Below, piece after piece: positions 10,423 to 21,333 of a DNA stretch of 64,000 nucleotides (positions are counted from its first letter, which is position 1; each line of letters opens with the position of its first letter). Made by a program: the position numbers and the translations under genes. The notes under the pieces are model-generated. The model did no database searches. It was not told the DNA's origin and saw only the letters and a program-made list of their open reading frames with translations. The stretch is taken from the NCBI GenBank assembly GCA_963674945.2, contig CAXXWQ010000003.1, forward strand, positions 2,336,001-2,400,000, read 5' to 3'. Source of the DNA: an uncultured Desulfosarcina sp. (lineage in GTDB: Bacteria > Desulfobacterota > Desulfobacteria > Desulfobacterales > Desulfosarcinaceae).

Positions 10423-11982
10423 TCAATAGCGAAGGATCGCCAGCGTCTGTTTGTCGATATTTTTTGGCAAAAGCGCCAGATGGTCCTCCCGCGTCCTGGC
10501 CAGCGGAAGTTTGGCGAACAGGTATCGAAGATAGGCATAGGGTTCCAGCCCATTGGCTTTGGCCGTTTCGATCAAACCGAAGAAGGTGGCGCTGGCTTCC
10601 GCACCCCGGGGCGCGCCGGAAAACAGCCAGTTCTTGCGACCCAACACGAATGGCCGGATGACATTTTCAGCCACATTGTTGTCGGGCTTCAGAAATCCGG
10701 CATTGATATAGACAACCAGTTTGTCCCATTGGTTTAGGCAATATTGGATCGCTTTGCCGAGAAGGCTTTTCGGAGGAGCTTGCCAATGGTAGGTGTCCAG
10801 CCAGGTTTTAAATTGTTTCAGAATCGGCTTGGCCTTTTCCTGTCGCAGGTCACGGATCTGTTCATACGACAAATCCTTGTCTCGCGCATACCGTTCTATG
10901 CCATACAATGCGCCAATGTAATCCAGCGCCTCGTCGGCAAGCCCCTTGGCTGCTTTTTGTTTGCCGCGCGCCTTGCGCCCTTTGTTCACCTCGACAAATT
11001 TACGTCGGGCATGGGTCAGGCAACCTAAATGGATGATCCCTTGCTTTTGGGACAGCTGATCATAGCCGCTGTAGCCGTCGCTTTGAACATAGCCCGAATA
11101 GTCTTCTATCATATCTTGCACTACCTTCCCACTACGGGTGGGATGATACTGGTAAAGCACCACAGGGGCATCCAACGGGCCGCCACAAAACACCCACATA
11201 TACGATTTTGTTGTATTGCTGCGGCCCGGTTCCTGAAGCACCTGAAACGGACTTTCATCGATATTGATCACAGGACCGCTTCGAATCTCCTGATGCATCA
11301 ATTCGACGATCGGCTGGCAGCAACCGGCGGCCTGAATCATCCAATTGGCCATGGTTGACCGTGAGATGTCAACGCCCAGACGGTCAAATATCTTTTGTTG
11401 GCGATGCAGGGGAAGCGCATCGGCGAATTTTGAGACAGCGATGTGGGCCAGCAGTCCCTCAGTGGCGTTGCTCTTGGGAATCAGTTGTTCTGGCGGCGGA
11501 GCGATCCTAACGGTGGGGCCGTCATCCTCGACGCCTTCGCAGGCCTTGCAGGCGTATTTGGGGCGGATGTGACGGATCACCTGGATTTTTGCCGGGATAT
11601 AATCGAGCTTCTCACAGGTCTCTTCGCCGATACGGCTCAGTTCAACTCCGCAAGCACACCGTTTCTCGGCCTCAGGGATATCGTGCAGGACCTCGACGCG
11701 GGGCAGATCCTCAGGCAACGGTTTGCGGCCACGCTTTTTGCGGGTGTGCTCCGGGACGGTGATGTCGTCATCGGCAAGGACGGGCTCTGCGGTTTCGTCG
11801 GGTTTGAACAACTGGAGTTGGTTGGGATTGACGGCCGGCAAAACTTCACTTTTGCGACCGAACAGCTCGTTCTTCAGCAGACGTACCATTTCTTGCAGAT
11901 GGTCGATTTGCTGCTGCTGAGAAGAGATAATCTCCTTAAGCGATTGGGCGTCATCGGGCAGGTTGTTCGATTCCGAAAGCAT
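10423..11982 (-). CDS. tnpC: IS66 transposase TnpC
   Basis: Leucine zipper with LFGRKSE, CxC...CxxC finger, IDES, SDGY, DNNVAE. Confidence 0.96.
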   Translation of the reverse strand: MLSESNNLPDDAQSLKEIISSQQQQIDHLQEMVRLLKNELFGRKSEVLPAVNPNQLQLFKPDETAEPVLADDDITVPEHTRKKRGRKPLPEDLPRVEVLHDIPEAEKRCACGVELSRIGEETCEKLDYIPAKIQVIRHIRPKYACKACEGVEDDGPTVRIAPPPEQLIPKSNATEGLLAHIAVSKFADALPLHRQQKIFDRLGVDISRSTMANWMIQAAGCCQPIVELMHQEIRSGPVINIDESPFQVLQEPGRSNTTKSYMWVFCGGPLDAPVVLYQYHPTRSGKVVQDMIEDYSGYVQSDGYSGYDQLSQKQGIIHLGCLTHARRKFVEVNKGRKARGKQKAAKGLADEALDYIGALYGIERYARDKDLSYEQIRDLRQEKAKPILKQFKTWLDTYHWQAPPKSLLGKAIQYCLNQWDKLVVYINAGFLKPDNNVAENVIRPFVLGRKNWLFSGAPRGAEASATFFGLIETAKANGLEPYAYLRYLFAKLPLARTREDHLALLPKNIDKQTLAILRY

Positions 11983-12045
11983 GCCTGATACATAGCATAA
12001 CCAATTGAATTTGTACACACTTATTTTACTTCCAGGTGGATGTTC

Positions 12046-12393
12046 TCAGCTTGCATAACGGTAGTTTAAACGCACATGAGCATTCGTATAATCCAGTCCG
12101 GCGAGAAGCCATTCCAGTTCTTTCGCACTAAGGGAAACGACTTCTTTTGTGGTTGTTGGCCAGTGGAAACGGTGCTTCTCCAGCCGTTTGAGCCAGAGAG
12201 CAAATCCATTTTTATCCCAGTATAAAATTTTTATCATGTTCCGACGCCGATTGCAGAAGACGAACAGGTCCCCTTCGAAGGGATTCAAATCCATGGCCTG
12301 TTCCACCAAAACCGAAAGCCCGTTGATCGATTTGCGCATATCGGTATTACCCACGGCCAGAAAGACCCTTTTGGGATTGGTGGGCAACATCAT
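12046..12393 (-). CDS. tnpB: IS66 accessory protein TnpB
   Basis: TDMRKSINGL, LFVFCNRRR, KILYWD, KRLE. Confidence 0.96.
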   Translation of the reverse strand: MMLPTNPKRVFLAVGNTDMRKSINGLSVLVEQAMDLNPFEGDLFVFCNRRRNMIKILYWDKNGFALWLKRLEKHRFHWPTTTKEVVSLSAKELEWLLAGLDYTNAHVRLNYRYAS

Positions 12394-12719
12394 AATGTAG
12401 CCACCATTGCAACAAGCTTGTTGATTTCTATCGATCCGTTTTGATCATCGACTTCGATGGTAAATCCGTTGGGGGTATGAATACGAACGGATGGATGTTT
12501 CCTCGTCGCTGATCCGTTGAGCGCAACCGGCAAAAAAGTAACTCGGGTTTTATCAACGGGCATGATGCGCCGTTTCCAATCGTAAAACCGATGGAGAATG
12601 AGATCGTTTTTTTTACAATAGGCCCTTTGGCTTAGGCTGCTGATCTTCCATTTCTCGATATGATTTTCCCAAAATTTTCGCCTTTGCTTGGAATCGAATG
12701 AATCATAGTCTTCAGGCAT
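12390..12719 (-). CDS. tnpA: IS66 accessory protein TnpA
   Basis: W...W..S.LSQRAYC...FYDWKRR HTH; ATGA overlap with tnpB. Confidence 0.92.
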   Translation of the reverse strand: MPEDYDSFDSKQRRKFWENHIEKWKISSLSQRAYCKKNDLILHRFYDWKRRIMPVDKTRVTFLPVALNGSATRKHPSVRIHTPNGFTIEVDDQNGSIEINKLVAMVATL

Positions 12720-13460
12720 GATATCTTCTCCTTTCTTTGGGGAAACACATTGCCATGCCTGAACAATTTTGTGAAGATGGGGTTAATAAACCGCTTACTG
12801 TGGTGATGACAGTGCAGCCGTGTGGTTTAGCAAATCGGGGGCTGATGTCGATGCAATAGATATATCGCCAAAATCAATTGAGAACCAGAAAATAATTGCA
12901 GAATTATTGAGATTAAATATTTCTTGTTTTGTCATGGATGCAAATAATCTGGATTTTCCCGACGATGAGTATGATATTGTTTACGGGAATGCAATTTTAC
13001 ACCATTTAGATGTAAAAGAATGTTGTGAGGAAATATATAGAGATGTGATGGACGGGAATGCTTTTTTAAAACTCTTTCGCTTAGCCACTCCCTTTTGGAG
13101 AACTGAGGATGAGCACCCTTTAACGAAAAATGACTTTGCATTCTTTAAACAAAGATTTTCAGATTGTAATAATACACAATTTATACTTTCTGGTCTACCT
13201 TACTTTTTCTTTGTCAGAATAATGAATAATGTAATCCTTAAAAAATTAAAGATAAAATTAAAAATCCCATTGAATAATTCTATTTATTCTTTTTTTGACA
13301 AAGTTGATGATTTTTTATTTTGGCTTTTCCCATTCACGAAAAGTCGGGCATGGTTATGTTTGGTTGAATTACAAAAATAGCTTGAAGCAATAACCACTCA
13401 TAATTACATCGACGCTTCAATTTTTTCATTGTTCGAATTTGCTTACAAAACCTAAATACA

Positions 13461-13494
13461 AAAAAGGGGGTGCAGAACTAAGTCTGTAACCCCC
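13461..13494 (-). terminator. Hairpin terminator downstream of the tRNA fragment
   Basis: GGGGGTGCAGA/TCTGTAACCCCC stem flanked by an A-run (U tract on minus strand). Confidence 0.6.
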
Positions 13495-13505
13495 AATTGA
13501 TTTTA

Positions 13506-13550
<45 letters not shown>

Positions 13551-15491
13551 ACAGGGCCTTTGAGCTTCCTACATTCCTTATTTTTCAACAACTTATTGAA
13601 ATAAATACATCTTCCAATACCACGCTTTTTCCCATTTTGACCTGTTTTGGGTAGTTTTGGAAAAAAAGTCTCACACAGATTCTCACACGGAAATCATGGT
13701 GTATAGACACCATTGCACCCATAATTGCCCTCCAAAATTATTCCGGCCATCACCGACCTCAAACAACAAGCCGAAGTGTGTGTCACCGGCACCCCATCCC
13801 CCAAATTTACGATCTGCCATCAGGTTACGATCTACGAAACATGATGATCCCCTACCCTATTTTTATTTATGCGCGAACATGATGCAGACCTGTGTCCATT
13901 GTCATTTTACTTTCTATGCCAGATTGTTTTCGACCCCGTTTCAGTTTCCCGCCCATGTAAATAGTTGCACTGGTTTTTCTGACTGCATAATCTATTGTAA
14001 ATACAGATTGATTTGGCTGTTTATTATCATATTCAACCAAAATTTACTTAAGAAATTTACGTAATATACGAATATAACAGCATCACGTATCAAGCAGATA
14101 TCATTGAAAACCCGTTCCACGAGCATGGAGCTGTGCCATGACAACGAGACCGGATCAACTTGCAGCAGTTCCTTCTACGAACTCATCCCCTTGGACTGAG
14201 GGCGATATCCCTCGTCGTCAGGGGACATGCAATGTCATGTTGATTGCGCCTCATGGGCATCCTAATAACGATGGCAGAACATACTCGATTACCAGACTGG
14301 CGTCTGACGTGCTCGATTCATATGCTATCGTCAACAAAACTTACCAGAAACCACCTTTCAAAAGAAATAAAGACAGCAGCTATGTTATTGTGAATGGCAA
14401 AAAAGTTCGGCATGACCCAGATAAATTAAAGAAGTGGATCAACCTGAATCGGAAAAATCAGGTCGAGCAACATCTTGGAACAGAGTTCAAAGTTCCACTC
14501 CGCAATTTCGTCAACGAGATCATTCAAAAATACGGTAATGCCATCGTTATCTGGATTCATGGCATTGATGATGACAATCTAACCCCTAAAAATACATATG
14601 GTAGCCGTCCAGGTATGGACGCGCTGATTGGTATCGGTCAAGGTGAACCTGACAGCCTAACGGCCAGCAATAAAACCGTCGCCAAATTGATTAAATATCT
14701 TTCATCTAACTCAGCCAAACCCATAGCGGCCTCTCTTGCAAAGAAGGGTTCGGATTATTGTGGCTGGCACCAAAACGTCATGAATCAATTTTTTGTGAAG
14801 CAATACGGGCTGGACAAGGTCGAGTCCATCCAAATTGAGATCAAGAAAAAGGGGTTTCGAGAATCTGGTAATTACAAAATCACAGCTCAAGCCATTGCCA
14901 AATCCATTATGGAGATGACCTTGCAAAAGCCTAAAAAAGACACAGAGAGCGCCTCAGTGGACAGCGCTGACCAAAATGGCACCATCCAGCAAATCAAGGC
15001 TGGCGATATTGACCTCGACAATGATCAATTCAAAGCAAGGATCGATGAAATCGATTCCGACTCGATTGAATTCAAACGGCTGGTGGAATCAGTAGGAAAA
15101 GACGGGGTATTGAATAACATTATCGTCAGACTGTGTTGCGGTGACGGTGATGAAAAACCGTATCAATTGATTTCTGGTTTCCGAAGGATGACAGCCCTGA
15201 AGGCATCCAAAAATGGGTTAGCTGGTTTCAAAGATGAACCAGTTTGGGCTAGGGTGCTGGATGCCAATGTATCAAACGATGATGCCTACCGAATCAGCTT
15301 CACGGAAAACTTGGCCCGGAAAGATTTGTCCTTGTGGGAAATTGCTCAGGCATGTGCCGAAATAAAGAAGAAAATGGAAGTACCCGGTAAGATTAAGGGT
15401 GATATTGACGATTATATTGCCAGCTTGATCCAAAAAGATAAAAGGACTGTAAGACGTTATCTGAAGCTGGCATCAATTCAGAATAATAAAA

Positions 15492-16539
15492 CTGGGGTAT
15501 GCACTTGACTCCAGTGGCCACAACATATAGTGTACCAGTCTATGGAGGAAGATTACCCCAGAACGTTGATAGAATTTGAAAAACGATTTAGCTCTGAAGC
15601 TGGATGCACTGACTATTTGATGGCTCTTAGATGGCCCGAAGGCTTCCGTTGCCCTCATTGCGGTTCTGCATCCTCGTGGAGAACTAAACGATCCCAGTTT
15701 CATTGTACTGATTGTGGAAATCAATCTACGATAACTTCCGGTACAATTTTTCACGGCACCAGAAAGCCCTTGTCTCTTTGGTTTCGGGCTATGTGGCACA
15801 TTACAGGTCAGAAGTACGGAGCTAATGCACTTGGGCTTCAGAGAGTACTTAACCTTGGGAGTTATAATACCGCCTGGCAATGGCTCCATAAACTTCGAAG
15901 AGCAATGGTTCGTCCAGGACGTGACCGATTGTCCGGGATTGTTGAAGTTGATGAAACCTATGTCGGTGGGAAAAAGTCTGGAAAACGCGGTCGGGGTGCT
16001 GAAGGTAAAGCTTTGGTCGGTATTGCCGTGGAGGATAAAGGCCGAAAAGGAATTGGGCGAATTAGACTCTGGCACCTCGAAGACGCATCGGGAGATAGTC
16101 TGACTCAATTTGTACAAGAAATCGCCCAGCCAGGCAGCACCATCAGGACGGATGATTGGCCCGGCTATAGCAGCCTTGGCGATAAAGGATTTAAGCATAT
16201 TGCGATTCCATCGCATGACTTGAAGATTGTACATTTGGTAGCGTCGCTCATGAAACGATGGTTACTTGGTACTTATCAAGGGGCGGTCAGACCGTCTCAT
16301 TTGATGTACTATTTGGATGAATTCACATTCAGGTTCAACCGTAGAACATCAGTGTCTCGCGGAAAACTATTTTACAGGCTGGTCCAACAGGCCGTGATGG
16401 TGGACCCTGCCCCAGCTAGTACTCTTAAAGGTGCATCGTTACCGTTTTTGGAAGGGGCAGCAAATTTAAATCTCGATCCAATTGACGATGACCTGGGCCA
16501 CAACATATAGTATGTGCTGGATTTAAGTGCATACCCCAG
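15492..16539 (+). mobile_element. IS1595-family element (1048 bp)
   Basis: IR CTGGGGTATGCACTT at both ends; 8-bp TSD TAATAAAA (15484-15491, 16540-16547). Confidence 0.93.
15530..16510 (+). CDS. IS1595-family transposase
   Basis: CPHC...CTDC ribbon, VEVDETYVGG, TDDW, YLDEFTFRFNRR. Confidence 0.95.
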   Translation: MYQSMEEDYPRTLIEFEKRFSSEAGCTDYLMALRWPEGFRCPHCGSASSWRTKRSQFHCTDCGNQSTITSGTIFHGTRKPLSLWFRAMWHITGQKYGANALGLQRVLNLGSYNTAWQWLHKLRRAMVRPGRDRLSGIVEVDETYVGGKKSGKRGRGAEGKALVGIAVEDKGRKGIGRIRLWHLEDASGDSLTQFVQEIAQPGSTIRTDDWPGYSSLGDKGFKHIAIPSHDLKIVHLVASLMKRWLLGTYQGAVRPSHLMYYLDEFTFRFNRRTSVSRGKLFYRLVQQAVMVDPAPASTLKGASLPFLEGAANLNLDPIDDDLGHNI

Positions 16540-17259
16540 TAATAAAATTAAAGAAGCGGTCCATTCCGGTAACATTTCACCAACTATGGCCCTTGAAATA
16601 GGCAAAAAAGATTTGGTGAAAGACGATCCTGATAATATTTCAGCATTGTTGAATTATCTTGTTACACACCCCAAAACAACAAGGGAATTTGAAAAAGTTT
16701 ATAGAAATCTTGAATATTGTTGCGAATGCTCAAAGATGTCAATGGCTGCCGTACTGGAATGCAAAAACGCGGATGATTTCCTTTCCTTGCCAGACGATGA
16801 GCTTGGTGCTCGAATAGAAAACTTACACAGCAAGACGCATAAAGATTATCCAGAAATCCTCAAAGGCAGGGCCGGATCGTTGATTAAAGAAGCTGGTGAA
16901 ATCGATTCTGGATTGAAAAAAAAGGATGCCACTGCTGAATTCAAAAAGAACAATAAAGACATCGTCGATAAAGTCCACGAAGCCTTCCATAAATCAGATA
17001 TCGATGGAAAGTTCAAAATAATACCAGCTCCGGGCTCCGATGTAAATAAAGTCACGGTAACTATTACGGTTCCTAAAGATCAGATGTGGCAAGCTTTTGA
17101 TGCTATCTCGGGAGAAAATAATTCCCATGCTGAAAAGGTCATTCGAAAAAAGAAAACGAAGCCTTTAAAAGTCGTTTCGGCATTATCTAATAATGTCGAA
17201 AATTCTGAGTCTACCGTCAAAGGTGAATCAAAAACCGTATATAGAGGTAGTTTCAAGAA

Positions 17260-19908
17260 ATGAATGCTCAGGAATTGATTGACGAGCTGAAAGCCCAAGG
17301 CATAACCCTTCAATGGGATGGCGCCAGCATAAATTGGGAGGCCCCTTTTGACTTCGTACCTCCGGAAGAAATCGTCGAGTTGGTCAAGAAAAACTGGGAT
17401 GAAATAATAAAGCGTATAAATGGCCCACCACCGGAATGGTTGCTTAGTGGAACGAATATCGTAAGATTAACCCAAGGTGATTGTCTCGGGGTAATGGGAA
17501 TGTATCCAGACAACCTTGTGGATCTAATCGTAACCGATCCGCCATATGGGTACCAGTTCATGGGAAAGGATTGGGATAAGGCGGTTCCCTCGGTTGAAAT
17601 ATGGAAGGAATGTTTGCGAGTGCTCAAACCGGGAGGGTTTGCCTTTATCATGTCTGCCCCTCGTCAAGACGTCTTGGCTCGGATGATCATAAATCTTGAG
17701 GATGCTGGATTCAGAACAGGGTTTACCTCGCTATACTGGACTTATGCGAGTGGATTTCCAAAAGCCCATAACATCAGTAGATCAATAGATAACCGTGATG
17801 GTTATAAAGGGAAAATAGTTGGCTATAAAAAAGGAGTCGGTGGCGAAAATATAAACGATATTGTCAGAGGAAAAAAAGTCAGGAATACTACAGAATCAGG
17901 AGCTAAGGGCGTCGGAGCCTATGGATGCGGTGCTAAACAGGTGAGCGTAAACGTTCCTATCAGGGAACCCTCAGAAAAAGCAAAACAATTCAATGGATCC
18001 TATGGTGGATACCAACCTAAACCAGCTGTCGAAGTCATCATAATCGCTCAGAAACCATTGTCAGAAAAAACATTTGTTGACCAAGCGCTTTCGAACAAAA
18101 AAGGAATTACTTGGTTGGACGATTGTAGAATTCCATACGGTAATGAATCTGTCTGGTCGGCAGAAGGAGGGGTTCAATGGTCTCCGGAGAAAAAGTGGAA
18201 TAAAATAGAAAAAAGAAGTGGCAATGAATCAGGCCGATTCCCTGCCAACCTATTGATTAGCGATAATGTACTTGACGATGGATTAGACCATACCAGCCAC
18301 CCCATGGATTGTGTCGCAAAAAATGATGGTGGCGTGTGCTATGGAAAATATTCACCTCACAGGGCATTCAATCCAGGTGACACTGGAGGCTATTCTCGTT
18401 TCTTCTCATTGGATGCTTGGATACAAAAAAATCAGCAAGAGGGTTTGAACTTCAATAACCTTGAGGAGATTGTACAGCACAACCTCCCTTTTATGATTAT
18501 TCCAAAGGCCTCAAAAAATGAAAAAAATTTTGGATGTGATGAATTAGATGAGAAACCAAGTGCTTCCTCAGAATTCAGACCGAACCATACGAAAAAGGCA
18601 AAGAAAGGTGAGAATGGCAATCCGTATGGTCGCTGGAAAAAGCTAATAAATAATCACCCTACGGTAAAGCCCATCCTGCTGATGTCCTACCTCATCACCA
18701 TGGGAAGCCGTGAGGGTGACATAGTCCTCGACCCTTTTTGTGGTTCTGGGACAACCTGTTTGGCCGCGCGTCTCTTGAAACGGCCGTGCATAGGCATTGA
18801 AAAAGACCCTGGATATGCAAAAATCGCTGCCGCAAGAATACGGGAGTTGACTCTGCTGTCTTATATCAAGCAGGGACAACAGAAAAGAACCAATACAAAA
18901 TCTAAGGGAAGGGATCACAATCCTGTAAAAAGGACGAGTGCTGGTAAGACAGTCATCTTCCACGACAAATCTGGTATCGCCCTTACAAAACAGACTAAAA
19001 TCGACAGCCATAATTTCCCGTTCACTTTGAATACAGGCATCGGCTGTCATTTTGGTTGCCGGTATTGCTATCTCCAAGGGTATCCGTTCAATCGGCACGC
19101 CAAATTCCCCGTTGAGGCCAAAGTCAAGCTCTGGATTGCCGACAAATTGGACAAGGAACTCGGAAAATACAAGCACCTTCCTCAACATCTGAAACGAGTA
19201 CAGGTAAACGTTGCCGCAGAAGGATACCTGCCGTTAGTGATGTCAAAAGTGAAAAAAGAAAAAAACCGAGACATCATGGCCGAGGTGCTTCAAGTTTTCA
19301 GAAAGCACTGGGAAAAAGGCAACCATTGGATGGTGCACCTGATTACTAAAAGCCACATGGTCCTCAAACATCTCGACATCATCAGCGCCATGAAAGATCA
19401 GGTCCAGCTTGAATTAACCATCACCACTCTTGATGAAAATCGCAGACGAAAGATGGAGGGATTGGCACCATCGGTCGCGAAACGCTTGCAAGTGATAAGA
19501 AGATTTTCCTCCGCCGGCGTTTTCGTTCGCGCCATGTGCATGCCGCTGATCGGTGACCGAAAAGATGCCGAGACTATCAAGGCTGCCTGTTTTGAAAATG
19601 GCGCACGGGCCTTCAAACACAAGGGCGTCAACTATTGGGATGAAAAAGCCTTGCTGAATGGTGAAACTACGAAAGCTACCGGTCGGCATGACGATGTTTT
19701 CGAAGACCTTTTGGTAAAAAGCTGCGAACCATACCGGGTCGATAGTGAAATCCAGAAAATGACAGTCAAGATGCCGGTTATCGTGAATTCTGGGAAGACG
19801 AAACGTTGGAAGGGTTACAAAGAAGAGAACCTTGAAGATCGTGAAATGACTATGGAGGTATCTGGATATTCGGAGATCAATGACATTGATTGGGGATATG
19901 TAAAATAA
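17260..19908 (+). CDS. Fusion: small N-terminal domain + beta-class N4/N6 DNA methyltransferase + SPL-like radical SAM domain
   Basis: TDPPY, HPTVKP, DPFCGSGTT; then GCHFGCRYCY (CxxxCxxC), LITKS, TITTLD, APSVAKRL; ATGA overlap with upstream gene. Confidence 0.88.
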   Translation: MNAQELIDELKAQGITLQWDGASINWEAPFDFVPPEEIVELVKKNWDEIIKRINGPPPEWLLSGTNIVRLTQGDCLGVMGMYPDNLVDLIVTDPPYGYQFMGKDWDKAVPSVEIWKECLRVLKPGGFAFIMSAPRQDVLARMIINLEDAGFRTGFTSLYWTYASGFPKAHNISRSIDNRDGYKGKIVGYKKGVGGENINDIVRGKKVRNTTESGAKGVGAYGCGAKQVSVNVPIREPSEKAKQFNGSYGGYQPKPAVEVIIIAQKPLSEKTFVDQALSNKKGITWLDDCRIPYGNESVWSAEGGVQWSPEKKWNKIEKRSGNESGRFPANLLISDNVLDDGLDHTSHPMDCVAKNDGGVCYGKYSPHRAFNPGDTGGYSRFFSLDAWIQKNQQEGLNFNNLEEIVQHNLPFMIIPKASKNEKNFGCDELDEKPSASSEFRPNHTKKAKKGENGNPYGRWKKLINNHPTVKPILLMSYLITMGSREGDIVLDPFCGSGTTCLAARLLKRPCIGIEKDPGYAKIAAARIRELTLLSYIKQGQQKRTNTKSKGRDHNPVKRTSAGKTVIFHDKSGIALTKQTKIDSHNFPFTLNTGIGCHFGCRYCYLQGYPFNRHAKFPVEAKVKLWIADKLDKELGKYKHLPQHLKRVQVNVAAEGYLPLVMSKVKKEKNRDIMAEVLQVFRKHWEKGNHWMVHLITKSHMVLKHLDIISAMKDQVQLELTITTLDENRRRKMEGLAPSVAKRLQVIRRFSSAGVFVRAMCMPLIGDRKDAETIKAACFENGARAFKHKGVNYWDEKALLNGETTKATGRHDDVFEDLLVKSCEPYRVDSEIQKMTVKMPVIVNSGKTKRWKGYKEENLEDREMTMEVSGYSEINDIDWGYVK

Positions 19909-20000
19909 TTGATTTTAAGCCAAGCTAAAGTCTAATCGGGTATCTTAGATCGCACTAAAATAAAATCAAAATATTAACTCCAAATTAAGGGGACTATACC

Positions 20001-20591
20001 ATGGACATTTTTCCATTTGAAGACGAGACAGAATACAGATACGAGATACCATATAACATATTTGGAGGCGGACCTATCGAAACTGCACGAAGAAATGACT
20101 ATATAAATGCACTTAGAAGAGGAGCTTTGAAAAGAAATGGTAATTTTACGATTCTCCGGCATATAGGAGAACATTTTTTAACGGATACAAATGATGTCCC
20201 AAATGAAGACATACTGATTATAAAAACTTACGGAAAGATACCATTGCCAGAAAAAGCTTTGAAGCTTTTCGTTGATTATTTATCCCAAGAATCTCTTTAT
20301 GTGGGAGAAGGGGACCAATGGAAAAAATATCTACATAATGAGCAACCAAGATCTTTGACTGAGGATGATGTCAATGGGATTGAACATGGACATGGTTCCT
20401 ATTCCGTTTACGAGATCAAACATAATGACGATGGAATGATCTATTTAAAAGCTGATCATTTTGGCTATGAAGGATCTTCAAAAGAAAGCATAGAACTGAA
20501 AAAAAATGATATTAATACAATCATATCATTGGGTGATGAAGCATTAAAAAAACTCCAAGATACATACACAGATATTGTTGGTCGTGCTTAA
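20001..20591 (+). CDS. Hypothetical protein
   Basis: 196-aa ORF with AAGGGG RBS; no recognised motif. Confidence 0.65.
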   Translation: MDIFPFEDETEYRYEIPYNIFGGGPIETARRNDYINALRRGALKRNGNFTILRHIGEHFLTDTNDVPNEDILIIKTYGKIPLPEKALKLFVDYLSQESLYVGEGDQWKKYLHNEQPRSLTEDDVNGIEHGHGSYSVYEIKHNDDGMIYLKADHFGYEGSSKESIELKKNDINTIISLGDEALKKLQDTYTDIVGRA

Positions 20592-20735
20592 TAACCTGTA
20601 TAATAAACTCGCAAAATGAAAAAATGAAATCGAGATACCAGATGGTCCTCGGTTCAAACTTTAAATTCTTACGAGAAGATCAACACATTTATTAACGTTT
20701 TCATTATCTCCAGGATATGATTTTCGGAGGATCAT

Positions 20736-21333
20736 ATGCCCATCTATGAAAAAAGCACTAATCAACTGCTGACGGAATATATCACCGAAAATTGCAAACC
20801 AGGAGAGACTATCAACAAGGAAGAAATTGTTGACTGGTTTTCACGAAACTATCCTAGAATCAAATCAAACACAGTCGGATGCCATATCATTAAATTTACC
20901 ACCAACCATCGGACAAGGATTCACTACGGTGCAAATCCCAGGTGTGACATGCTGTTTCAGCTCCCAGATAAAAGATTGCGCTTGTACATTCCACCAGATA
21001 GAACCAGGGCTACAACTCTATCGTGATGAAGAGGACAATACGATTACTGGTGTCGAATTCGATGCCGGTGGCAGACGTATTGATATTCTTGCTGCTGATA
21101 AAGAAAACAATCCAGTTATTATCGAATTGAAGGTTTCAAGAGGTTACGAGCGGACGGTGGGCCAATTGCTCCGATACAAGGCTTGGGTCAGGGAAAATAT
21201 AGCGGAAGGCCACAAGGTTCGAGGCGTAATCATAGCGAAATCTATCAGCCCCGACCTGAAAATGGCGGTGAGTGAAATCCAGGATATCGATATTTTTGAA
21301 TACGAACTAAAACTCGAACTCAAAAAGATTTAG
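20736..21333 (+). pseudogene. NucS/EndoMS-like PD-(D/E)XK endonuclease with N-terminal HTH-like domain, frame-broken near 20990
   Basis: RIDILAAD...VIIELK...VGQLLRY in one frame; N-domain with GGAGG RBS in another frame. Confidence 0.75.

Larger units (their letters stand above)
8644..12798 (-). mobile_element. IS66-family element, copy 1 (contains nested IS1380)
   Basis: GTAAG...CTTAC ends; 8-bp TSD TGTGGTGA (8636-8643, 12799-12806); tnpA/tnpB/tnpC. Confidence 0.97.
8429..13380 (+). pseudogene. Class I SAM-dependent methyltransferase split by IS66 (pieces 8429-8643 and 12807-13380)
   Basis: Removing the IS and one target copy restores VLVLGCGDDSAAVWF (motif I) in frame, giving 262 aa. Confidence 0.9.
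14138..17263 (+). pseudogene. Hydrolase-like domain + ParB/Srx + HTH fusion split by IS1595 (pieces 14138-15491 and 16548-17263)
   Basis: LIAPHGH/IWIHG/IQIEI N-domain; YQLISGFRR, ENLARKDLS ParB motifs; IS removal restores LASIQNNKIKEAVHSGNISPTMA in frame (689 aa). Confidence 0.85.

Noticed and set aside
12046..12393. TnpB as an RNA-guided nuclease
   Set aside because: This is the 115-aa IS66 accessory protein, unrelated to IS200/IS605 TnpB
15473..16234. 253-aa antisense ORF
   Set aside because: Shadow of the IS1595 transposase
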